Assembly: GCA_951406725.2 (NCBI GenBank)
Contig: OX597814.1
Coordinates: 221,154,001-221,218,000, forward strand
DNA length: 64,000 nucleotides
Direction of reading: 5' to 3'
DNA from: Octopus vulgaris
Taxonomy: Eukaryota
In this document: positions 53,286 through 64,000 of the stretch, one piece after another
Numbering within the stretch: position 1 is the first letter of the stretch
How the letters are laid out: every line of letters starts with the position of its first letter
Translations under genes and position numbers: made by a program
Notes under the pieces: model-generated
Database searches by the model: none
Told to the model about the DNA's origin: nothing
What the model saw: only the letters and a program-made list of their open reading frames with translations

Positions 53286-54120
53286 TCTATATGTGTCTAT
53301 GTAGCACTGTGTTAATGAATATATAAATATAAATGCCAGGATTATGGTGTGTTGAGATATTTACTAGTTTGCGAGAGTAAGTAAACTGCCATATTGGAGC
53401 AGTCTCGTGTGTAAGCGGCCGAAACTGCAGGGACTATCTGGAACAGGACTGACGATAGAAAGCTCCGAATGACTCGCTTTGTTTTTTCCTATCTTTCTTT
53501 GTATCGTCTAACAGTTCGGATTATTTTGTTTTCACCTGTTACGTTCTTGTTCCATTTTGTCTTGTTATATATATATATAAAACAAGACACACACACACAC
53601 ACACATATATATGTATATATACGTTTACATATATTTATATACATATACATATATATATATATATCGTTTCACACACAGGCACGCAGTCTCTCTCTCTCTC
53701 TCTCTCTCTCACGTTATGTTGGTAGGGTAAAATCCAATCCGTGTTCTCTTGAAGCACATCTGCTTATTGGAGTATTACAATTAAGTATGTAGACGCTTTC
53801 ATTGTTGCATTCTTGTAAGGTATGTAAAAGCTGAAAATGCTATTGTTTGCAGAGTTAGTATATAACAAAAGAGGAAGATTTTTATTTGTAATAGAAATTT
53901 CAAAGTTTTACATGTTAGATAAACATGTAAAATTTTTGATACTAAAAATTTACATTCATATAAACACTTCATCCAAATGTAAACTTTGTATTATTTCTTA
54001 CTCTGTCTGAAGAATTTCTAATATGAAATTTCTTACATGTTTATCTAACTTCTTAAATTTTGTAATCCCTATTAGCAATGACACGTGTGACAATGAATAA
54101 ATAATACCCCAAAGTTCTAA

Positions 54121-54290
<170 letters not shown>

Positions 54291-54887
54291 CAAGAGTTAA
54301 GGCATGGAGTAGAGGTCCGAGCTATATATGTTTCATAGCGTGTGGGACCTCGGAAGTGGTAAATATCCAAGCGAGTTATATACCGTAGGCTACTCCTCAG
54401 GCCAAGGGTATCTTCTGATCGATTCTTCCATGTGCTAACAAGTACCTCTTGCGAAAATTTAAATTGTTCATTCAATCAAGAGACACTTGGCCTGACGAAG
54501 CACCCTGCGTTATACACCTCACTTAGATATTTACCAGTTCTGGGATTCTGCTCGCTATGAAACATGCAGCACGGATCTTTTCTACTCCGTTCCTTAACTC
54601 TTGCATTCTTATTCGCATACCCGACGACCCTGGTCGCCTACCGTGAAATATATAAAGAACTTGTTTTCAGTTATCTTACTTCGATACGAAGAAATTCACA
54701 ACCTTCTGTATCAATAAACCTCTATTGTCCCTGAAAGTTGTCTCATATATTTACTACGGATTGCTTGAAGCTAACTTTCTTCCTACACCTCGATCCTTGG
54801 ACCTTATTTTGAAAAAGATATTTATAATATATGTGTGTATGTCTATGTGTGTCTGTGTTTATATATATATATATATGTACGTATGTG

Positions 54888-54937
<50 letters not shown>

Positions 54938-55812
54938 CGATTGAGGATAAAATCTTTAAAAGAAATTATCAGTAGTCAGCGTGAAAAACCTCGTAAGAGA
55001 AAAAATCCGTAAATTCTTCCTCTTTGAAAATATTCATTTATATTATATTGAGGGTACTACTATTCGTAGATACCAACACGCTAAGAGGGACCAATGCGGT
55101 CAAAACTACTAAAAATAAACAAAATTTTACCGAATGCAAACTTCAAAACACATCATTTTAAAAAAGAATTCAGTTACATATCACATGTGATTTCGCATTT
55201 AAATGCAGAATATGCATTTTATGTTCGTCAGTGCAACAAACTCAAGAAATATAAGAAAAAACATAACATTACAAACTCGATAGCCAACCGTAGAATTCGT
55301 CGTAGCTTGTACGAATGTTTATCCTTACATATCTATGATATATATATACATGTCCTGTTATATGACTCTTATTTCTAGCGAGATGGTATTCACTACACCC
55401 TTGGTCACTTTTAATGACGGTGAAGTAATTCCGTTTTGGTTTTAAATTCCATGTAGCAACCATAACTTTCACCTAAACACTTTGGCAGAATCAGCTACTG
55501 ATTCCCTCGGTAGTTTCCACAATGCTAACGGGCGTGAGTTCACCTTTACTACTCGTAATGGAATAAGCATTAATGATGAGCATTAATTTCTATACGAAAT
55601 TAGCATGCCAATATAATGCGATCCGCTTATGGTGGAGAGATTGTCTCCCCTGTCAGTTAAAATTAGAGCACTTGTTTTCTGCGGCTAAAGAGTCTATGAT
55701 CTTATTTTTAGCAATACTGGCGCTCACTGCACCTTTGCTCAATTTTGGTGACGATGGAGTAATTCTTTTTTGGCTGTTTTTTTAATTACATCTAGCCACC
55801 TTAAATATTACT

Positions 55813-55849
55813 AATTATTATTTATATATATATTATTATTATTATTATC

Positions 55850-55930
<81 letters not shown>

Positions 55931-55985
55931 ATTGTTATTGTTATTGTTATTGTTATAATTATAATTATTATTATTGTTGTTATTG

Positions 55986-56025
<40 letters not shown>

Positions 56026-56058
56026 CATCATCATCATCATCATCATCGTCATCGTCAT
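55813..56058. repeat. (TTA)n/(TCA)n trinucleotide microsatellite
   Basis: Directly visible; source of the poly-N and poly-I ORFs. Confidence 0.95.
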
Positions 56059-56068
56059 ACATACATAC

Positions 56069-56101
<33 letters not shown>

Positions 56102-56173
56102 TATATGTATATGTATATGTATATACGTATATATATAAAAATTTATATATATATTACTACTATCATGTATATT

Positions 56174-56264
<91 letters not shown>

Positions 56265-56506
56265 GTATATTGGACAGTAGAACAGAGTGGAGTATAAAGA
56301 CGTGTTATGCTTTATAACACATAATTGAAAGGTTCTGTAAGAGTTTGGAGTCTGCGTGCGCATACGCATGAAGTTGCGTCTATGTATGGTACGTCATTAA
56401 GTGTGATTGCCCAACTCATTTGTACGTGTGTGTGTGTGTGTTTGTGTGAGTATGTTGCAAGAAATATGAAACATAGACTGTTCGCATGAAATGATATATC
56501 GAATAT

Positions 56507-56542
<36 letters not shown>

Positions 56543-57164
56543 GTGTGTGTGTGTGTGTGTAAGTGAGTGTGTGTGTGAGCATCCATCGTGCATGCAAATT
56601 GACCCATTTGAATACAACCACCGGTTCAAAGCTTTTGAATACATGTAGGCACATATGCACACACATAATGCATGCATTCACACACACACACAGACACAAA
56701 CACACACACATTCACACATACACACACACAAAAATACATATACATACATGCAGCCACAATCACACTCATATGTGCATTTTTCCAGTTTTATAATTTGTGT
56801 AATTAATTTCGATTTCAATGGCCATCCATGCATGCTATCTTTCTTGCAAATATTGTCTTGCACTTTCGAAATTATCACTTAAATTAATTGTTCGAAAGTA
56901 TAAATTCCATGCGCATTCACAGATAATATCATAAATACATGTATATTTACATACGTATGTAAATATTTGATATATATAATGAAAATATACATGCACATTT
57001 TGTGTATGTATGTGTTGTGTGTATGCGTCTATATAATATACAGATCATATACGCTTCTCTCTCTCTCTCCCCCTCACTATTCCTCCTCTCTCTATCTATA
57101 TGCATATATAGATCATGCTGCTGACACCGTAACCATATAAGCCACGTGCCTCCACATATATCTT

Positions 57165-57223
<59 letters not shown>

Positions 57224-57232
57224 TAATATATA

Positions 57233-57465
57233 TGTGGAGGCTCGTGGCTTATATGGTTACGGTGTCAGCAGCATGATCGTAAAATTGTGGTTTCGACCGG
57301 GCGACGCGTTGTATTCTTGAGCAAAACTCTTCATTTTACGTTGCTCCAGTCCATTCAGCTGGCAAAAATGAGTAACGTTGCGATGGACTGACGTCCCGTC
57401 CAGCTGGGTAACACATACGCCATTGAAACCGGGCAACCGGGCCCATGAGCCTGGATAGGCTTTAA
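57233..57465 (+). mobile_element. tRNA-derived SINE
   Basis: gtggaggctcgtggct...ggtttcgaccgggcg...cttgagcaaaac...gcgatggactgacgtcccgtccag...gaaaccggg. Confidence 0.75.
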
Positions 57466-58527
57466 AAATTTGCGCAATTTCAGATTGTCTGTTTTCTTTG
57501 CAGAAGATGGGTGAGTTTGACTTTTTCACTCTTTATCCCAAAATTTACTCTGTAATATTTATAGTTTTATCTACTTCGAGTCCTACTTTTAAAATAGCGT
57601 TATATATATGTGTTGCATCAAGTTATATACAACACAATTTAACTTTAAACTCAAAGAATACTCAATAAGTTTTAACAGTATTAAATTTCAAAGCTACTCT
57701 TATGCTTTTCCTTATATACGTAAGAAGCTGAACAGAATAGAAATGCTAACAGCTCGCCAACAAATACCATGTAACAGTAGAATTATGAAGAACTCTCCGC
57801 TGGCTGTTTCCTAAGTTGGACAGCATACAGAGCGAAGATTGAAGCAAACTGAAGCGATGAACCATATGAAGCATATAGTGAGGAAACAGGACTCGTATTA
57901 AAAAAACATTATTATAAGCTGAAATATTCATTTATATGGTTCTTGTGTGAGACAGGTCTTCACGAATTCAAAATTACCTGCTGTACTTCAAATAGTGGGG
58001 AACGATATAGGAACGGGTCCTTCAAATTAAATCAAAGATGCCGTTTGGCTTTTCTATCAGTGAAAAATGGATAATATTTACTAAAGACAGTAATAATTTG
58101 AACATAAGAATTGAACTGTTGATGCCTTGTATGCAAGCGGCCGAGCTTCGTTTATGCAAATGCAAGAGTCCTTGAATTTCCTGCTGGCTCACAAAATACA
58201 TTAGTTTCGAAATGTTTAATCAATAAATTTTATTGATACACATTTTAATGTATGTGACTTTGTGTCTATGTGTGCGTATGTGTCTCTATGCATATGTGTA
58301 CATGTGTGCACATGAATAAGTGTGTATATAATTCTGTGTATATGTGTATTTATGAGTGTCCATATGTGTATATGTATGCGTCTGCACAGACGCACGCAAG
58401 ATGAAAACCAATATACATAAATATTGATTAAAAGTATGACTCAAAAGTGTTACTTTGGAGCATTTCTTAAACAGTATCAAAATTTCATGACTTTACATCT
58501 ATGGAATTTAATACGCTATAATAATAT

Positions 58528-58645
58528 TGGCTTCAAATTTTGGCACAAGGCCAGCAATTTTTAGGAAGGGGTTAAGTTGATTTCATGGACCCCAGTGCCA
58601 AACTGCTGCATATTTTATCGACCTCGAAAGCATATAAGGCAAAGA
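58528..58645 (-). mobile_element. SINE family A, 3' fragment
   Basis: ttttggcacaaggccagcaattt...accccagt...ttttatcgacctcgaaag...aaggcaaag. Confidence 0.65.
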
Positions 58646-58879
58646 GAACTACAAGATCATAGGTGTCAGCACTATCATACGATCCCATCGATACATCGTA
58701 CAATTCCTTTGTATTTTTTAAGCCATGCTTGAGCCCTTACTAAATAGAAATGCTTTTCTCGCATGCATGCAAGTCTATATTGAATAGATTGAAATCCAAG
58801 TTCTCGTCCCATGATTTTGGTCTATACCGAGATGATGGGTTGGGAATTTGTCATGGTTACTCTGGCTAAATTTAGGGAA

Positions 58880-59970
58880 AAAACTCATTAAAATCATTAG
58901 ATAATTAAGCCTGAAAACCACTCTAACAACTAATCTCTCGAAAGTCGATTCTTTAGCGGTTTCGCTAGACTTAAACTCACAATATTATACACCAAACTAT
59001 AAGCCCAACGAGAAACTCCTCTACTTAGACAAACAGTCCTGCCATTCACCTATAGTGTTTAAATCCCTAATAGCTAACATTAGTAATAGGATGTCCAATC
59101 TCTCTCCTCCTAAAGAAATTTTTGATAAGGCAGCCCCTATTATAATAATGCCTTAGTTGACACTGGCTTCAAAAAAGATATATCACAACCCTTCTAATAA
59201 AAACAATATGAACCACAAAAATAGACCTGGGAAAATAATTTGGTTTTCCCCCTTTCTCCCTAAATGTTAAAACTAACGTAGGCAAAAGATTCTTGTCTCT
59301 TTTAGATGAACATTTCCAAGAAAATCACAAATATAGGAAGATATTTAACATCCTCAACTGTAAATATTACAAAGATCCTACATCCCAGTTGTAACGGTCA
59401 AAACCCTGGAGTTTACCCACTTGAGCAAGCGTGTATGATAAATTCGGTCGTATATGAGACTGAAGTCACAGACACGCTATATAATAACCTAACCGAGTGG
59501 AAAATCGTAGAAAACGCCATGCCATATGTTAATGGTTCTACGAAGTGTACATGGCTTAATTCCAGGACAGAAATTTTCAGCAAATGCAAGCATACAGAGA
59601 AATTTAATTTGCCGAAATGGAGGACACCAGCAACTCCCAATTGATAAACTTTAATCGAGGTCTTTCGACCCCTCTCCGTTGATTCATTCTGCAACAACTA
59701 GCTTTACTATGGCTTTACTATGCGGTCAATGTTGACATATATCTAATTTTCTTTTTTCCTATTTTCTTGATATTTTTTCACTCTTCATCTTTTTGCACCC
59801 ATATTCTTAGTTTTTTTTCTCAAAATTTCGCTTGTTCTGTTCTGTTGTCCTGCTTTATAGATTATACAGGCCATGTGCTTGGAGATATAAGGCGTATTAT
59901 AAACATGCTACCTAAACTGCACCTCCAGTGAATGAAACTGTTAGCTCGTAACTTCATACTATGTGTATTA
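58880..59970 (+). mobile_element. 5'-truncated, internally deleted Penelope-like element (RT thumb, linker, partial GIY-YIG, 3' UTR)
   Basis: TNLSKVDSLAVSLDL...YKPNEKLLY...SCHSP; IFDKAAPYYNNAL; IIWF; [14 protein letters not shown]; CMINSVVYETEV; EWKIV; LNSRTEIFSKCKH. Confidence 0.85.
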
Positions 59971-60069
59971 AATTACATATGTGTGCGTGTGCGCGTGTAC
60001 ATATGTGTGTATATATATATATGTATATATATATACGTACTTACAAAATAACACACACTCTCATATCTA

Positions 60070-60116
<47 letters not shown>

Positions 60117-60120
60117 AAAA

Positions 60121-60668
60121 CAATTACAGCGTAGATGTTTATAAGCCATCTAAAAACACACAAAAACCGTTAGATTCACTTCAGCATTTAAATTTAATTT
60201 GCCAAAATATTTTCGTCGCTTTGAGACCGCGGCTGATTACGGAATTCTGTCAGTGATCACGTCGTGGTCTCAAAGTGACGAAAATATTTTGGCAAATTAA
60301 ATTTAAATGTTGAAGTGGATCTAAAGGTTTTTGTGTGTTTTTAAATAGCTTATAAACACCTTCTACGCTGCAATTGTTATATAAATATATATTTTAAAGC
60401 ACACAAAACCGTTAGGTTCACTTCGACATTTAAATTTAATTTGCCAAAATATTTTCGGCGCTTTGACAGCGCGACCTGATAACGGAATTCTGTCAGTGAT
60501 CAGGTCGCGGTCTCAAAGCAACGAAAATATTTTGGCAACTTAAATTTAAATGTTGAAGTGTATCTAACGATTTTTGTGTGTTTTTATATGGCTTATAAAT
60601 ACCTTCCACGCTGCAAGAGTTTTTGTTTTAGCACACGATCTCAGATCAGGTCACTTGTTATGCAAGTA

Positions 60669-60670
<2 letters not shown>
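60121..60670. mobile_element. Two tandem fold-back units (60121-60375 and 60398-60670) of the 27728 family, each with a G3:C8 hammerhead-like motif
   Basis: tgtca GTGATCA at 60253 and 60496, each followed by stem II and GAA AATATT T tggca; same right-side extension as 28003-28060. Confidence 0.8.
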
Positions 60671-60709
<39 letters not shown>

Positions 60710-60710
<1 letters not shown>

Positions 60711-60937
60711 AAAGTTGGACTCCGGGCATGACAAACCCTGTAATTCACATATGCAAAACATATTTTTTCGGTATGCGGTCAAGCAACCTGTTTGCCTGTC
60801 CCTTTTTCTTATATACAATATATATACTGAACTTTACAGAAGTTCCTGCCGGTAATCGGCTATATTTACATACCGAATTCTACCAGTAAATAATTGGGTT
60901 TTTTTTAAAAGCCTTTATAGAAATTATTTACTCTTAT

Positions 60938-60940
<3 letters not shown>
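60710..60940 (+). mobile_element. Deleted copy of the 29482 family
   Basis: Part of the left arm (gacaaaccctg.aattcacatatgcaaaaca) is joined directly to the extension. Confidence 0.7.
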
Positions 60941-60994
<54 letters not shown>

Positions 60995-61844
60995 TATAGC
61001 TGCTCACTTTTGTCCTGTTAATAAAGCCGGAGCACCAGCCCCTAATATAGCAACCATATCAGCATGAATGTCTCTGAGAACTTAACCCTTTTCTGTAAGT
61101 ACTTGATAACACCATAATGCCAAATTGTGACCATTTTCAAAAGAAGTCGTTACTTGTTACGTTTGAAGTGTTCTTTGAAGATTCAGGTGTCAGGTTACCT
61201 GGAAAGAAATAATGTAGTTATGAATAAGAAAAGATGAAAATAATGCATACAAGATTTAGCAGCCCTAGTCTCATTCCTTCATAGTTAGCCTGTAAAGTTT
61301 TCAGCCCACCCTCGAATAATATATGAATTGAAAGTCAGCAATCCAGGAAATATCTAAAACTCATTTCCTATTACAAACTGTTTTAAAATGTCATGTTTTC
61401 CGTAACTGGATTCTTTCTTATCTTGCAGCGATATTGGAGAAGACTTGTGGACAAAACCTTATATATATTTGCACCATATCGCTGACCTTTTCAACATCAA
61501 CCGTTTTATTACATAAATGAGAACCACCGGACTATTTCTAAGAGCGTCATTGAATGCAAATGTAAGTTTGCTAGCCACTCAAACAGTACATTAAACAAAA
61601 GTAAAAGATCGTAGATGCCTTGTGTTTTGGATTTAAAAAATTTCCAGATAAATGTGAAAAAGGCAGAACTTTATCAAGTCAAGCACTGTATCAACACGCG
61701 AGAGAAGTGTATGATGTAAAAGTTCGTACATCTTGGCAGTATAATTATTAACAAATAATGGACTGCTTGGCATTGAACTATAAAAGAGTCCATTAGTTGA
61801 AGAGCTGTTTCTATTCCTTCAGCATTGACAGTCCAAGGTTTCAA

Positions 61845-62045
61845 GCTCGTAGAATCGTTAGCACGCCGGGCAATGCTTAGTGGCATTTCATCTGTCTTTA
61901 CGTTCTGAGTTCAAATTCCGCCGAGGTTGACTTTGCCTTTCTCTTTGCAGGGTCGATAAGATTAGTACCAGTTAAGCAGTGGGTTCGATGCAATCGGCTT
62001 ACCAACTGCCTCGAACTTGTTGGCCTTGTGCCAAAATTTGAAACC
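61845..62045 (+). mobile_element. SINE family A, monomer
   Basis: agaatcgttagcacgccggg...gttctgagttcaaattccgccgaggttgactttgccttt...ggccttgtgccaaaatttgaaacc. Confidence 0.85.
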
Positions 62046-62657
62046 GATAATTACAGAACAGACGTCCTCTCCGCTTTTTTGTATTGAGCAGAAATTTAGG
62101 AGAAGAAATTTCATGCATTTATAGTACGAAACGCAAACTCATATCTCCCGGAGGGAAAATTGTTTTTAAATCGAATTGCTGCATAGAAGAGCTACCAACA
62201 AGGAAAACACAAGCAAGAAAGGGCATGTTATCCGAATGTCAAGTGCAAGACGATCCTAACCGACCTGCTATTCACCACTACCCGAAAAGCAACGAAAGTT
62301 TAGTTAATCTCGCTTATAAGGACACCATAAAGAGAAGGCTCTAAAGTAGAGAAGAGCGGGCGGGGAAATACGAATATAAAACGATGAGATATAATCTTAA
62401 GTTCATACATATATCAACAGCACATCAAATATATATCTTATCTCGAGGGTTGAATAATTATGAATGTACCCATGACCATTAACGATTGACAGCAGTTGGA
62501 GTATGTGTATGCATACACCCACACAAATGCACACGTAAATACGCACATACACACAGGCACACACACACACGTATATATGTGTGTGTGTGTGTGCATATAT
62601 CAACGGGTATATTTATCTTCAATCTATACATATATACATACATGCATATCTGTATAC

Positions 62658-62722
<65 letters not shown>

Positions 62723-62907
62723 CATAAGTGTATATATATGCATACATACACATATGTACATGTATACTGGGATATACATTCATTGAGAGACGACTATATA
62801 ACTTTATAAATGGATTGTATTCACAGAACTTTATATAAGCAGCATATGCATATATTACCGTGTTTTATATATATTTGCACATATATGTATGTATGTATAT
62901 ATACATG

Positions 62908-62949
<42 letters not shown>

Positions 62950-63499
62950 GCTCCTTTCCCTTTCCCTTTCTCTATACATATGTGTGTGTTTGTGCGTGAG
63001 TCTGTATACATACAGTCGTATAGAAATACACACATACAGACAGGCATACACACATACATACACATATGTACATATATACACCCATAACGTCGGTGATGGC
63101 TTAGCTGAACGCTCAGCGATGTAGGAGAAGAAGAAGAATGGAAAAGATGAAGAAGACTTTAGCTAATCTTTTAAAGGGACTATGTATTAATCGGTTTTTA
63201 TGAGCTGCAGTACGGAGTTTTAGACTTTTATCGAAAGCCTAAGCCTTATTCAGTAATTCCGTTTTGGAGTTTATTATCTATAACATATATAAATACACGA
63301 ACAACTCCACACACACACACACGCTGATATCACACACACAGCTACACACACACACTCATGCAGTTACACACGTGCACACAGCTACATATTCAAACACCCT
63401 CACACAGAGAAACATACACTTAGACTCATATGACACAAACATCTCACATACATATATTATTCATGTATACATTATGAATTAGTTAATGTTTAATTTGAA

Positions 63500-63543
63500 T
63501 ATACATATATACACACATATATACAGACATACATATGTACATA

Positions 63544-63616
<73 letters not shown>

Positions 63617-63784
63617 ATACATATATATACAATACAGATAAACCCAATATTATAACTATATATATATACACACATATATATATACACACACACACACATA
63701 TATATATATTTACATATTTACATACATACCAAACATGTATATATGTATATATATATATGTATATGTATATATATATATGTGTGT

Positions 63785-63817
<33 letters not shown>

Positions 63818-63896
63818 TATATATATATACACACACACACATATATATATATTTACATATTTACATACATACCAAACATGTAGATATATATATATG

Positions 63897-63989
<93 letters not shown>

Positions 63990-64000
63990 GTACATATACA
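63500..64000. repeat. Compound (TA)n/(CA)n microsatellite field
   Basis: Directly visible. Confidence 0.9.

Noticed and set aside
53890-54060. CTGAAGA...GAAA at about 54007-54028 within short inverted repeats
   Set aside because: Stem II is only about 2 bp and the region is very AT-rich, so chance is plausible.
54940-55800. Possible further PLE RT remnant (VIKSDQG resembling the ADKG motif)
   Set aside because: A single weak motif among many stops is insufficient.
55811-56070. Poly-Asp/Asn or poly-Ile ORFs
   Set aside because: Trinucleotide microsatellite.

Overview
AT-rich, microsatellite-saturated animal DNA, intergenic or intronic. The SINE repertoire and (TA)n/(CA)n/(GATA)n density suggest a cephalopod such as Octopus (inference). 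I found no supportable host protein-coding gene; nearly all ORF-track entries are translations of simple repeats. The window is a mosaic of decayed mobile elements: several tRNA-derived SINE families, Penelope-like element (PLE) RT/GIY-YIG remnants, R4/Dong-like RLE 3' ends, CR1- and RTE-like LINE pieces, an internally deleted Ty3/gypsy element, a mariner remnant, Helitrons and a MITE. The most interesting signal is a set of short elements lodged in (TA)n tracts, often as fold-back palindromes, that carry minimal type-I hammerhead ribozyme motifs from several unrelated families. One family has the core C3:G8 pair swapped to G3:C8 in all readable copies, and another motif is joined to a tRNA-like Pol III head. 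All structures were paired by eye and coordinates are approximate to a few bases.
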